From a bacterium (GTDB lineage: Bacteria; Margulisbacteria; Marinamargulisbacteria; GCA-2716485; JAYNIM01): a DNA stretch of 64,000 bases. This document shows, piece by piece, positions 1-9,792 of the stretch; within the stretch, counting starts at the first letter, position 1; each line of letters starts with the position of its first letter. The DNA is taken from assembly GCA_038109055.1 (NCBI GenBank), contig JAYNIM010000004.1, forward strand, positions 67,858-131,857, written 5' to 3'. Under the pieces are notes generated by a model. It was not told the DNA's origin. It ran no database searches and saw only the letters and a program-made list of their open reading frames with translations. The position numbers and the translations under genes were made by a program.

Positions 1-614
1 CGCAATGCGTATTTTCCAAATGATTGCCATGCCCCTAAAAGATATAACAACATCATACACGCAAGAACGATTGTTTTTTCTTTAAACAAAAAATGGGTTC
101 TTTCCCATTTTAATGGGGCGTCTATCCACTTAATTACACGATAACACCCATAGCCTAATACTAAGGCTACTAAACTGATTCTAATGATTGGATAACTTTG
201 AAGGATCATTAGTAAGGATATTTTTGTGTCTTTTAATAAATCTAAAACAGCGATATCCATACGATGATTTACATAATCAAAATAGCCAAAATCTCCCGCA
301 TATATAAGTATAAGAATGAGGGTTATAGCCCATAAATATGCTCGTGTTATATAACGTAAAAAGGAAATTCTTGTCACATTCAACCAGGGCAAAAGTGTCA
401 GGGCTAATAAGGGAAGAAAGAGGGCCACTGCTAAGCGACAATCAAATTGCATTCCTATCTTAAAGGCGTATAAAATATCGTTTATTGCAGCCTCTTTTGA
501 ATGTTTTAAAAAGCTCAATACAAAGATAGATCTTGCCACTAAAAAGAAGCTAAAATAGCTTATAAAGAAGCGACAAAAAAAAGAAAGCCTTCGCGATTTT
601 AATAGATTGTTCAT
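1..614 (-). CDS. LTA synthase / phosphoglycerol transferase (sulfatase) family membrane protein, N-terminal part; runs off the window edge
   Basis: Not in the ORF track. Manual translation from ATG at 614 is open to position 1: MNNLLKSRRLSFF...IGMQFDCRL...GDFGYFDYVNHRMD...GAWQSFGKYALR, several hydrophobic segments and motifs typical of this family's membrane domain. Confidence 0.7.
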   Translation of the reverse strand, partial: MNNLLKSRRLSFFCRFFISYFSFFLVARSIFVLSFLKHSKEAAINDILYAFKIGMQFDCRLAVALFLPLLALTLLPWLNVTRISFLRYITRAYLWAITLILILIYAGDFGYFDYVNHRMDIAVLDLLKDTKISLLMILQSYPIIRISLVALVLGYGCYRVIKWIDAPLKWERTHFLFKEKTIVLACMMLLYLLGAWQSFGKYAL

Positions 615-657
615 TTTATGTTTCTTTAAAGAAAGAGTAGCTCATTTATGAGATATT

Positions 658-1281
658 TTATAGGGTTTCTTCCCAATATTTTTTCACGTTTTTCATATCC
701 TGCCAGGTTAGCCACTTGGGTTTCCCTGTTTCTTTGGAGGCATTACGTAATAGATAAGAAGGATGAAAAATGGTCATGATTTTTAAGGGAGTCGTCATGT
801 AAGGCACCTTTGTTTCTATCCATTTTCCTCGCAGACGACTGATCGCTTCTGATGTTTGTAAAATGCTGCGCATGGCTGGGGCGCCGCAAAGCAATAAAAT
901 TCTGGGTTGAATACATTGAATTTGTCGGATCAAGTATCCTTGGCAGGCGTCGATTTCTGCAGGTTTTGGCGTGCGATTTTGGGGCGGTCGGCATTTGACT
1001 GTATTGGCAATGTAAACATCTCTTTCACGATCGATGCCCACTGATTCAAAAATTTTACTTAAGAGCTTCCCCGAACGACCTACAAAGGGTTTGCCTTGTT
1101 CGTCTTCTTGTTGTCCTGGCCCCTCCCCAATGAGCATGATCCCTGCGTTGGCTGGACCATGGCCAAAGACCACATGTTGACGCTGCTCTGCTAATGGACA
1201 GGCCTGACAGCTTTGTGCTTTTTGGTAGATAGCTTCATAACTTTCTTGATGGAACTTGGTTTTTTGACAGAGGTTAATCAT
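658..1281 (-). CDS. Uracil-DNA glycosylase family 4
   Basis: CxxC Fe-S ligands, GEGPG, PFVGRSG, KCRPPxNR, FHPSYLLR motifs. Confidence 0.93.
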   Translation of the reverse strand: MINLCQKTKFHQESYEAIYQKAQSCQACPLAEQRQHVVFGHGPANAGIMLIGEGPGQQEDEQGKPFVGRSGKLLSKIFESVGIDRERDVYIANTVKCRPPQNRTPKPAEIDACQGYLIRQIQCIQPRILLLCGAPAMRSILQTSEAISRLRGKWIETKVPYMTTPLKIMTIFHPSYLLRNASKETGKPKWLTWQDMKNVKKYWEETL

Positions 1282-1321
1282 GCCCGTCTATTTTAACGGA
1301 TATTAGAGGGTGTTTGTATCC

Positions 1322-1729
1322 CTATTTTTCCCCGCCCATATACTGCTGTAAAATTAATACCGCTGCGTGTGCGTCTAACTTTCCCCGTTGTTTTTTTTGG
1401 CTAAGCCCTGCTTGACTAAGCTTACGGCTCGCGTGATGACTGCTGTTTTCTTCGTTGACCAAGATCACCTCGCAGGGCCACGTTTGTTGACACTCTTTGG
1501 CAAACGCTTTAATCGCTTTATTGATACCTGGGTCTTGATGGTTTCTGGGTTGTGGCAATCCGATCACCACGCTTTGTGGATGATGTTCATTCATCAGTGC
1601 GTCTAAGTGTTTAGCCAGCGTATCATCATTGTCTAATACGGTTAATGGTAGCACCATGTGTTCATCTAGATACCCAATGGCTACCCCTACCCGTTTATCC
1701 CCATAATCAATCCCTAAGAGACTGGCCAT
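1322..1729 (-). CDS. ruvX: Holliday junction resolvase-like RuvX/YqgF
   Basis: LGIDYGDKRVGVA, VIGLP, LDAHAAVLILQ; downstream of alaS as is common. Confidence 0.92.
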   Translation of the reverse strand: MASLLGIDYGDKRVGVAIGYLDEHMVLPLTVLDNDDTLAKHLDALMNEHHPQSVVIGLPQPRNHQDPGINKAIKAFAKECQQTWPCEVILVNEENSSHHASRKLSQAGLSQKKQRGKLDAHAAVLILQQYMGGEK

Positions 1730-4136
1730 TTGTCTGTTCCGGACTGGTTTTGAGTAAGCTATCCTGCACCGAGCGCAGTGCCCACTCGCATTTTTCTAGA
1801 TTGGCGCCCCCGCCTTGTGCGCTTTCAGCGCGCCCTCCTCCCTTTCCCCCACTAATATGTGTCATCTGTCTGAGTATATTTCCGGCGTCATAGCCCAAGG
1901 CTACTGCTGATTTTGCTACTTTTACAAACATGCTTCCTTTTGCGCCGACTAATAGCACGATAGCCGCTGGTTTTTGTTGGGCTAATTCATCTGCTAGGGC
2001 TTTTAATTGTGGGACTTGCAACTCTGTTAAACGTGCTTGGCAGACCTGAATATTGTCGTTTGTTTTGAAGGTTTTTGTTAACGTTGATAGGGCCGCTAGG
2101 GCATTTTTCTGGGCTGTTTTTCGTTGTTGTTTCTCCTGTTCTTTTTGTTCGTGAATGAGGGTTTCTTTGATATCTAATAAGTGTTCTATGCTGGCCTTTT
2201 CATCGATGATAGTCGTGTATTGTGGATTCTGTTTTTGTAACTGTTGCTGTTTTTGTTTGAGTTCTGCCAAGATACTCTGGCGCTGTTTTTCAGCATAGTC
2301 ATCAAGGTTTTCTTGTCCTGCAATGGCCTCTATACGGCGAACCCCTGCGGCAATCCCTGTTTCGGACAAAAGTTTTATACATTGAATATCCTGGGTATTT
2401 GCCACATGATGCCCCACACAAAGTTCCATAGATGCTTTGCCCATTTGGACTACCCTGACCACATCGCCATATTTTTCACCAAATAAGGCCATGGCGCCCA
2501 TATCTTTGGCTTCTTGATAGGGTTTTTCATCAATAGTGACAGGTATTTTTTGTCCTATCCACTGATCCACTTGGGCTTGGACTTGGGCAAATTCTTGCTG
2601 GGTTAAGGCTTTAGGGTGGGTAAAATCAAAACGTAAATGATCCACATCTACCAAGGACCCTGCCTGGTTCACATGATCCCCCAAGCACTGTTGTAATGCA
2701 GCTTGCAGTAAATGTGTCGCACTGTGATGACGACTCATCTTTAAAATCTCTTCTTCTGAGTGTACAAAACGGGCTTCGCCCCCTTTGGGCTTGGCGCCTT
2801 CTTGACCTTGATTGCTTGTACCTTGTGCCGCTCTAGACCGTTGTTTTTGCTGAGTTAACGCCGCTTCAAAACCGGTCTGGTCTACACTTAAGTGCTGTTC
2901 TTGGGCTAAAACTTGGGTAAGATCTAAAGGAAACCCATAGGTATCATACAGTTTAAAGGCTTCTTGGCCTGAAATCTGCTTGGCGTTATTTGACTGTGCG
3001 TGTTTCACCGCTGTTTCAAAGTGTTGTAAGCCCTTATCAAGGGTCTTTAAAAACTGGCTTTCTTCGGACTCTATGACTGATTGTATAAATTCTTGACGCT
3101 GACCCAATTGCTCAAAATGTTGCCCAATACTCGCAACCACTTGGGGCACTAGCTGATAAATAAAGGGCTTGCTTTGACCCAATTGACGGGCAAAACGACT
3201 GGCTCGACGCAATAGTCGCCGCAATACATAGCCCCTGCCCTCGTTGCTGGGCATGACATTATCGGCTATGGCCATACTTAAGGTGCGAACATGATCCGCT
3301 ATTACACGATGAGGCATTCCCCTCTCATCGCTGTGATACGCATGGCCACTGTTTTTGCTAATTTGAGTAATAATGGGGGCTAATACATCTGTGTCATATA
3401 CAGAGGCTTTATTTTGCATGACAGTTAAGAGTCTCTCGAAACCGGCCCCCGTATCGACATGCTTGTTTTTTAAGGGAATCAAGGCCCCATCACTTTGTCG
3501 CTGGGACTGAATAAAGACCAAATTCCATATTTCAACCACGCGACCGCTACTGCCATTTACCCCCTCTACCTTATCATTGGGATTTTCTAAGGGACCTTGC
3601 TGCATATCAAAATGAATTTCTGAACACGGACCACAAGGCCCCGTCTCGCCCATTTCCCAAAAATTATCCTTATCGCCACATTTTACAATATTGGTCGGAG
3701 AAATATCGGTATGTTTTTTCCAAATCTCCAGCGCTTCGGTGTCGTTGTGATGTACCGAGGCATAGAGATGGGCTTTGGGTAAGTGAAGAATGGTACTTAG
3801 AAACTCCCAGGCCCAAACAATGGCTTCTTTTTTGTAATAATCCCCAAAGGACCAATTCCCCAGCATTTCAAAGCTGGTTAAATGAGTACTATCTTTGCCC
3901 ACATCTTCCAAGTCGTTATGTTTGCCAGATACACGCACACACATTTGCGAGTTTACCGCTCTGGTATAGGGTCGGGTGCCCTGACTTAAAAACACGTCTT
4001 TGAATTGATTCATTCCTGCATTTACAAACAACAGTGTAGGGTCCTCCGGAAGCACCAAAGGAGAGGCCTTGACGATATCGTGGTTTTTCTTCTTAAAAAA
4101 CCCTAAAAATGCCTGCCGTAGTTCCTGTTGTTTCAT
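1707..4136 (-). CDS. alaS: Alanine--tRNA ligase (internally shortened)
   Basis: DPTLLFVNAGMNQFK, FEMLGNWSFGDYYK, DTGAGFER, LYDTYGFP, HSATH, C-terminal GGKGGG (DHHA1). Confidence 0.97.
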   Translation of the reverse strand: MKQQELRQAFLGFFKKKNHDIVKASPLVLPEDPTLLFVNAGMNQFKDVFLSQGTRPYTRAVNSQMCVRVSGKHNDLEDVGKDSTHLTSFEMLGNWSFGDYYKKEAIVWAWEFLSTILHLPKAHLYASVHHNDTEALEIWKKHTDISPTNIVKCGDKDNFWEMGETGPCGPCSEIHFDMQQGPLENPNDKVEGVNGSSGRVVEIWNLVFIQSQRQSDGALIPLKNKHVDTGAGFERLLTVMQNKASVYDTDVLAPIITQISKNSGHAYHSDERGMPHRVIADHVRTLSMAIADNVMPSNEGRGYVLRRLLRRASRFARQLGQSKPFIYQLVPQVVASIGQHFEQLGQRQEFIQSVIESEESQFLKTLDKGLQHFETAVKHAQSNNAKQISGQEAFKLYDTYGFPLDLTQVLAQEQHLSVDQTGFEAALTQQKQRSRAAQGTSNQGQEGAKPKGGEARFVHSEEEILKMSRHHSATHLLQAALQQCLGDHVNQAGSLVDVDHLRFDFTHPKALTQQEFAQVQAQVDQWIGQKIPVTIDEKPYQEAKDMGAMALFGEKYGDVVRVVQMGKASMELCVGHHVANTQDIQCIKLLSETGIAAGVRRIEAIAGQENLDDYAEKQRQSILAELKQKQQQLQKQNPQYTTIIDEKASIEHLLDIKETLIHEQKEQEKQQRKTAQKNALAALSTLTKTFKTNDNIQVCQARLTELQVPQLKALADELAQQKPAAIVLLVGAKGSMFVKVAKSAVALGYDAGNILRQMTHISGGKGGGRAESAQGGGANLEKCEWALRSVQDSLLKTSPEQTNGQSLRD

Positions 4137-4143
4137 GCAGGTT

Positions 4144-4172
4144 ATTATGCGTGTCTAGCCAAGGCTTGGCAA
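4144..4172 (-). promoter_or_regulatory. sigma70-type promoter of alaS, predicted leaderless
   Basis: TTGCCA (4172-4167), 17-nt spacer, CATAAT (4149-4144), 7 nt to ATG 4136, no SD. Confidence 0.6.
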
Positions 4173-4221
4173 GTGTCTAGCCGCTTGTCTGTTTCATCAC
4201 TAGGATCTTTTTACTCGATCT

Positions 4222-5145
4222 CTAAAATGTAAGACCTATTTTTCCACAAAGCCCAACCCCTGAGAGTGCATTTTTTCCTTTAAAATATTGCGAATCAAAA
4301 TCAAATTTAACATTTTGGTAGCTAAGAATATACTCTATAAATACCTTTCTATAGTTCATTTGCCAACCATACTCTAGATAAAACCCTGGTTTTGTCTGGC
4401 GTTGTGCATAAAGGACTTTTTGTTCGATCAGAGGACCTTCGCTAAATAAACTATTTTTCTTTTCTTGAATTAATTCCATTTTTGCCGAAGCCACTGTTAT
4501 TCCTGCCCCTAAGAATATGGTCATTGAACTATGTTGTTCTTCCTGCTTTTTATGATAAGAGGCCATATCTAGTAATTCTACGCGGCCTCCAAGACTTACC
4601 ATACGCCAATCCCTTAATCCTTGTTTGGCAGTTGCGCCTTCCTCTAATGAGAAATAAGCCGTATTCCACTCACCTTCTGTTTCGCCTTTTGTTAGGATTA
4701 GAATTGTATTTGCAACTAAGGCTGCCGAGAAACCTACAAGAGCTGAACTTTTTTTATATGCCATCGTTAGTTGCCACGGTTTTTCTTTTTTCGAGATACT
4801 GGCTGCTAGTCCAAATTCACCCGCCCATTTTTTATTTCCTGCATTGATTATATGTTTTCCAAATGACATTGTTGTCCCTATCTTATAACGCCATTTCTCT
4901 TGCGTCTCTGTGTTGACTGTTGGAACTCTATTCTTTAATTCTGGGGTTAATAATGACATTATTGGCTCTATCTTATAACGCCATTTTTCTTGCATATCTG
5001 TGTTGACTGTTGGAACTCTATCCCATAATTCTGGGGTTAATTCTGGGGTTAATGCTGTGTTTAATCGCTGTTCGCTTGGTGCTGCATACACATTCATTGC
5101 TAATATTAGGACAACTATAATACTGTAATATCCTTTATTTTTCAT
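4222..5145 (-). CDS. Hypothetical exported protein, probable outer-membrane beta-barrel
   Basis: Signal peptide MKNKGYYSIIVVLILAMNVYA, alternating aromatic/hydrophobic strands, C-terminal KIGLTF. Confidence 0.6.
   Translation of the reverse strand: MKNKGYYSIIVVLILAMNVYAAPSEQRLNTALTPELTPELWDRVPTVNTDMQEKWRYKIEPIMSLLTPELKNRVPTVNTETQEKWRYKIGTTMSFGKHIINAGNKKWAGEFGLAASISKKEKPWQLTMAYKKSSALVGFSAALVANTILILTKGETEGEWNTAYFSLEEGATAKQGLRDWRMVSLGGRVELLDMASYHKKQEEQHSSMTIFLGAGITVASAKMELIQEKKNSLFSEGPLIEQKVLYAQRQTKPGFYLEYGWQMNYRKVFIEYILSYQNVKFDFDSQYFKGKNALSGVGLCGKIGLTF
4878..5052. repeat. Intragenic duplication with 90-bp period plus 12-bp tandem (TTCTGGGGTTAA)
   Basis: LTPELWDRVPTVNTDMQEKWRYKI vs LTPELKNRVPTVNTETQEKWRYKI; near-identical DNA starting at 4878 and 4968. 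Confidence 0.85.
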
Positions 5146-5167
5146 GTTTCTTATCTATTCTTAATTA

Positions 5168-5219
5168 TTTTTACCCGCTATTTTTACCCGCTATTTTTAG
5201 CCGGTATTTTTAGCCGGTA
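5168..5219. repeat. 4 x 13-bp tandem repeat in a divergent intergenic region
   Basis: TTTTTACCCGCTA x2 then TTTTTAGCCGGTA x2. Confidence 0.9.
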
Positions 5220-5240
5220 GTATGTTATCATTTTTGGGAT

Positions 5241-5657
5241 ATGTCTAGCCATACACCCTGTTTCTGTCATCAGCCCCTGCCTTATGAGGACTGCTGCCAG
5301 CCCTACCATCTTGGCCATAGTTCGCCCCCCACTACCCTGCAACTCTTGCGTAGTCGCTACTCGGCCTATGCGCTGCGCCTGGCTGATTATATCGAAGCGA
5401 CCATGGTCTTGCCTGCTTTGGCACACTTTCATCGCAAGGATATTGAAGAGGCAGCAACAGAGTGGCTGGGGCTTAAGGTCTTAGACGTCTCTGGGGGTCA
5501 GGCCTTGGATACTGATGGGACGATTGTATTTGAAGCTACGTTTAGGCAATCTCCTGATCATCCCTTGCAAGCCTTTCGTGAAACCTCTTCCTTTCGTCGC
5601 CGTGATGGCAGCTGGGTCTACGCTGAAAGCCTGTGCTTGGAGAGGATTGATCTTTAA
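5241..5657 (+). CDS. YchJ family protein (SEC-C-like N-terminus)
   Basis: CFC...YEDCCQPYH, LLRSRYSAY, WLGLKV, RETSSFRR..WVY. Confidence 0.88.
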   Translation: MSSHTPCFCHQPLPYEDCCQPYHLGHSSPPTTLQLLRSRYSAYALRLADYIEATMVLPALAHFHRKDIEEAATEWLGLKVLDVSGGQALDTDGTIVFEATFRQSPDHPLQAFRETSSFRRRDGSWVYAESLCLERIDL

Positions 5658-5683
5658 GTCATTCTTGTTCTATCCTTAACAAA

Positions 5684-6823
5684 ATGCAGCCGCTACCCCT
5701 CTTAGAAATCTCGGACCTTAACCAGCTGATCCAACATTATCTTGAAGGGGATGGTATTTTTGACAATCTGTCATTAACTGGCGAGCTGACGCAAGTACGC
5801 CCCTATCATTTGGGCAAACAGGTGTATTGCTATTTGAGTGATGGCAGGGCCAGTATCAATGCTGTTTTGTATGCTAGCACCTTAAAGCGCCTAGATTTTG
5901 AACTCAAAGAAGGGCTTACTGTTTTTGTCAAAGCTAAACTTTGTTTCTACCCCAAACGGGGGTCACTGATGTTGCAAATCAACTACATGAGTTTGTCTGG
6001 TGAGGGATTAATGAAACAACAATTGGCCGAATTAAAGGCCAAACTTGCTAAAGAAGGTCTGTTTGATGCTCAGCGAAAACAAGCACTTCCCTTATATCCC
6101 CGTCGTCTTGCTATTATTACCGCCTATGACTCAGCCGCCATGTGGGATGTTGTTAAACGTGTTTCTTTGTTAGCTCCTCTCATAAAAATGACGGTAATCC
6201 CTGCGACCATGCAAGGCCAACAATGCCCTGCTTCTGTTCAGAAAGCGCTTGATCGGGCCGAAACTGAGGGGCCTTTTGATCTGGTCTTACTTACACGTGG
6301 GGGCGGTTCGGTTCAGGATTTGGCCGCCTTTAATGATGAATCATTGATTCGTCGCATTGCCGCCTGTCGCCTGCCCTGTGTCTCCGCCATTGGTCATGAT
6401 ATTGATAGCAGCTTGTGTGATGCCGTGTCTGATGTCTTTTGCCCCACTCCTACGGCTGCAGCCGACATGCTTTGTGCAGGATTCATTCAAATTAAGCAAC
6501 GCATTCAACACGAATTATTACCCATTGGGCCTTTTTTATTGTCGCAACTTGCCCAAAAAAAACACGCGATCTCTCAACAACTTAGCGTTGCTACACAGCA
6601 GCTCTCTTTTCAGCAAGAAAGGTATAAAAATGCCCTACAGTCCCTTGTACAACGCCTTGAGCAAGCGAATCCTTTGCATAAACTTAAGCAGGGCTTTAGT
6701 GTGTGTCAGGATGCAACAAGCACGCATATTATCAGCTCTATTCATCAGGTCACTGCCGGCCAGGCTCTGCGCCTACGTGTATCTGATGGTCAAATCCCTC
6801 TTAAGGTTGCGGATAACTTTTAG
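5684..6823 (+). CDS. xseA: Exodeoxyribonuclease VII large subunit
   Basis: L.KEGLFD..RK..LP, RGGGS.QDL..FNDE, SAIGHDID, PTPTAAA. Confidence 0.95.
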   Translation: MQPLPLLEISDLNQLIQHYLEGDGIFDNLSLTGELTQVRPYHLGKQVYCYLSDGRASINAVLYASTLKRLDFELKEGLTVFVKAKLCFYPKRGSLMLQINYMSLSGEGLMKQQLAELKAKLAKEGLFDAQRKQALPLYPRRLAIITAYDSAAMWDVVKRVSLLAPLIKMTVIPATMQGQQCPASVQKALDRAETEGPFDLVLLTRGGGSVQDLAAFNDESLIRRIAACRLPCVSAIGHDIDSSLCDAVSDVFCPTPTAAADMLCAGFIQIKQRIQHELLPIGPFLLSQLAQKKHAISQQLSVATQQLSFQQERYKNALQSLVQRLEQANPLHKLKQGFSVCQDATSTHIISSIHQVTAGQALRLRVSDGQIPLKVADNF

Positions 6824-6861
6824 GCTTAGCTTACGCTTGGCTAACGGTCTTCACCCTCTCT

Positions 6862-7602
6862 TTAGGCCTTGATTTCTTTTCTTGTTAGCTCGGCCTGTTT
6901 AAAGTGTTCACATACCTGTTCTGCTATCGCCTCCATCGGGTCGATGAGTCTTAAGTGATCATGGTTGTCAGGCCGATTTTTTTGTTGAAAAATTAAGGGA
7001 AGTTCTGTACATCCCAATATAAAATTAGGCCCATTTGTTTGGGCAAGACGCTCTAAAATAAGCTGTAGTTTAGTTGCAAAGTCTTCTGCAGGCTGCCCCC
7101 CTTTTATTTTTTTAATGGCATTGCTGACTTGAAACTGGTCATCACTATCTGGCACATGCAGCGTGATCCCCTTTTTCTCTGCTCCCTCATGATACAAGCG
7201 AGTTTGTATGGTTCCGATCGTACTTAAGAGTGTGGCTGATTTAATATTCTGATTCACTAAATGTTCGATACAACCGTCGATTAAATGGAAAAACGGCAAG
7301 GTAATCTCGTCTCGTAGTTGATTTAAGAAATAATGGACAGTGTTGCAAGGCACGGCCAAACAGCTAATATTGGCCTTGTAGAGGGTCGCCAATGCACATC
7401 GTAATTCTACTAAAAATTCATCGTTTTTACCTGCATTAATCATCTCAACCCGATCCGGCAAAAACGTAGCTTGGTAATTTAGTGTAGGAATATGGTCTTG
7501 GTCACATTTAGCGGCTGTTTTTTTTAAAATTAACTGATAAAAATACACTGCAGCTTCAGGCCCCATCCCGCCCAAAATCCCCAGTAAAGGTCTGGTTGTC
7601 AT
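6862..7602 (-). CDS. Aspartate/amino-acid racemase
   Basis: GILGGMGPEA, DQDH, PCNT, LGCTELP two-cysteine motifs. Confidence 0.9.
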   Translation of the reverse strand: MTTRPLLGILGGMGPEAAVYFYQLILKKTAAKCDQDHIPTLNYQATFLPDRVEMINAGKNDEFLVELRCALATLYKANISCLAVPCNTVHYFLNQLRDEITLPFFHLIDGCIEHLVNQNIKSATLLSTIGTIQTRLYHEGAEKKGITLHVPDSDDQFQVSNAIKKIKGGQPAEDFATKLQLILERLAQTNGPNFILGCTELPLIFQQKNRPDNHDHLRLIDPMEAIAEQVCEHFKQAELTRKEIKA

Positions 7603-8948
7603 TGCAAGGCCTTTGCTTTTTCGATCAAGGCGTCGGCCTTTTCACTGCTCGTAGATTCTGCGAATAAACGGACAATTGGCTCTGTGTTCGAGGGTCTAAC
7701 ATGCAGCCACTCTTGTCCAAAATCGATCTTGACGCCATCTTGGGTATTGATCGATTCTGTCGCAAAATGTCTGTTTATCGTTTCTAAAAATATCTCTACT
7801 TCTTCTTTTTTGCATAGCTGTATTTTGTCTCTTTTTAGGATAAAACGGGGGTAGGTTTTGACTGTCTCAATCACGGACATTTTCGATTCTGCCAAATGTT
7901 TAAGCGCCACAACTATCCCCAATAGACTGTCACGTCCCCAGCCCACTTTGGGATAAATAACGCCGCCATTGCCTTCGCCGCCCACCTGTGCCTGTTTGGC
8001 CTTGAGCCCAGCCACTACATTTGGTTCGCCTATTTTGCTGTGTGTGAGGGTAGCCTGATGCTTGTCGCAGATATAATCAATCACCTTTGAAGTCGATAAA
8101 TTCACCACTACCTGTTTGTCTTTGGCTGTTTCGTGGCCCAGGAGATAATCCATGCAATAGGCCAAGGAATAATCTTCTCCTATAAAAGTACCGTCCCCAG
8201 CAATAATCACCAGTCGGTCTGCATCTGGATCTTGCACAAAGCCGATATCAAATCCACCTTTCTTTAAACGCTGACAAATAGCGCTTAGATTTTCTTTGAT
8301 GGGTTCGGGTGTGTGCGAAAAGTTCCCATCTGCTTCGGGATACATGATGTCGTAGGCAACCCCTAAGCGATTAAATAACAGAGGGTCGGCGATCGCTCCT
8401 GTGCCATGATTGACATCTACTAGCACTCGTAAGGGTGATTCTTGGATGGAGCTGATATCAAAATGCGCGAGAATACGATCAATGTGGGTGTCTATGGCGT
8501 GATTATCTTGGCTGACGGTCCCCCTCTGTGATGTTGCTACCTCTTTGAAGGTTTTGTGTTGATAGTTTTCTAAGGTTTTGTCGTAGGCCTCCCCAACTAA
8601 AAAGGCCCCTTCACTGTTCATTAATTTGATGCCATTCCACATAATCGGGTTATGTGATGCTGTAATGACCAGACCTCCATCTGCTTGATGATGACGAATC
8701 GCCTGTTGAACGGTAGGCGTTGGGCATTGTCCGATATCAATGACATTCAGGCCACAAGACTGTATCGCGTCTATAATAGCCTCTTTGAATCGCTGAAATG
8801 ATTGACGTGTATCGCCCCCTACAACAAGGGTTTTCTTTTGGCCCAGAACCGTCGCATAGGCCTTGGCAAATTCTGCGGCAACCTCCTCGGTTAAACTTTT
8901 GTCGACGATACCGCGCAATCCAGATAAAGAAATGATTAAGTCACTCAT
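7599..8948 (-). CDS. glmM: Phosphoglucosamine mutase / phosphomannomutase family
   Basis: ITASHNP, DPDADR, GGEGNGG, VRPSNTEP; substrate not resolvable by eye. Confidence 0.78.
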   Translation of the reverse strand: MSDLIISLSGLRGIVDKSLTEEVAAEFAKAYATVLGQKKTLVVGGDTRQSFQRFKEAIIDAIQSCGLNVIDIGQCPTPTVQQAIRHHQADGGLVITASHNPIMWNGIKLMNSEGAFLVGEAYDKTLENYQHKTFKEVATSQRGTVSQDNHAIDTHIDRILAHFDISSIQESPLRVLVDVNHGTGAIADPLLFNRLGVAYDIMYPEADGNFSHTPEPIKENLSAICQRLKKGGFDIGFVQDPDADRLVIIAGDGTFIGEDYSLAYCMDYLLGHETAKDKQVVVNLSTSKVIDYICDKHQATLTHSKIGEPNVVAGLKAKQAQVGGEGNGGVIYPKVGWGRDSLLGIVVALKHLAESKMSVIETVKTYPRFILKRDKIQLCKKEEVEIFLETINRHFATESINTQDGVKIDFGQEWLHVRPSNTEPIVRLFAESTSSEKADALIEKAKALQ

Positions 8949-9051
8949 GGCTCATGCTTTTTGTTTTGTTTTTGCTTCAGTATACTGCTGATGTCTGCAA
9001 ATAGACAACCTGCGCCGCCTTATTTTTTGTTGATCTCATGCTATACTTTGC

Positions 9052-9792
9052 ATGACGATGAAACTACTGCTATGTGTATGGTCCTGGTTTTTGGTGATTG
9101 GTTCTTTTGTCAGCCATGCAGTGCTTGCCCCTATACTGGCCATCTTTGCCAGAGACAAAGAGGCCTGTTACTACTGGAGTTGTCGGCCGTTTTTGGTCTG
9201 GAGTTTTCGCTTGGCGGGTATCACATTGGACGTTCAGGGCCTGGAGCATATCCCTAAAAAAGGGCCCTTTGTGATTGTCTCTAATCATCAAAGTTTGCTT
9301 GATATTTGGATCCATATTGTGGCCCTGCCCATTAAAGTGGCGTTTTTTGCGAAAGAAGAGCTATTAAAAGTTCCTATTTTAGGGCGTGATATTCGTAAGC
9401 AGGGCCATTTTTATGTTGATCGTCGTAATCCTAGAAAAGCCAAAAAACAGATGGAGGGGGTGAAGGCACGTATCTTAGAGGGGCAATCTATTTTAATTTT
9501 TCCCGAAGGGACACGTTCGATGGACGACCGTATAGCTTCTTTTAAACGAGGGGCTTTTCAGATTGCCCTAGAAACGGGTACTCGGATATTGCCCGTTTAT
9601 CTGCAGGGCTCTGGCGCTGTATTACGAAAAAACAGTTTCTGGATTCTTCCGGCGCCTATTTCTGTGCGTATTGGGCCGGTCATTATTCCAACGCTTCTCG
9701 ATGATTCGCTGGCAAAATCTGCAAAAGCCTTGGCAGCGACTGCTGAAACGGCTGTAAAACGTTTGGCTCCCACCGCCCCTCCTCTCTCTTGA
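9052..9792 (+). CDS. plsC: 1-acyl-sn-glycerol-3-phosphate acyltransferase
   Basis: NHQSLLD, FAKEEL, FPEGTRS, FKRGAF. Confidence 0.9.
   Translation: MTMKLLLCVWSWFLVIGSFVSHAVLAPILAIFARDKEACYYWSCRPFLVWSFRLAGITLDVQGLEHIPKKGPFVIVSNHQSLLDIWIHIVALPIKVAFFAKEELLKVPILGRDIRKQGHFYVDRRNPRKAKKQMEGVKARILEGQSILIFPEGTRSMDDRIASFKRGAFQIALETGTRILPVYLQGSGAVLRKNSFWILPAPISVRIGPVIIPTLLDDSLAKSAKALAATAETAVKRLAPTAPPLS

Noticed and set aside
5168..5219. Possible mini-CRISPR array
   Set aside because: 13-bp units abut with no spacers, and no cas genes are present
6357..6872. 171-aa alternate-frame ORF overlapping xseA
   Set aside because: Overlaps a conserved gene and has no recognisable motifs
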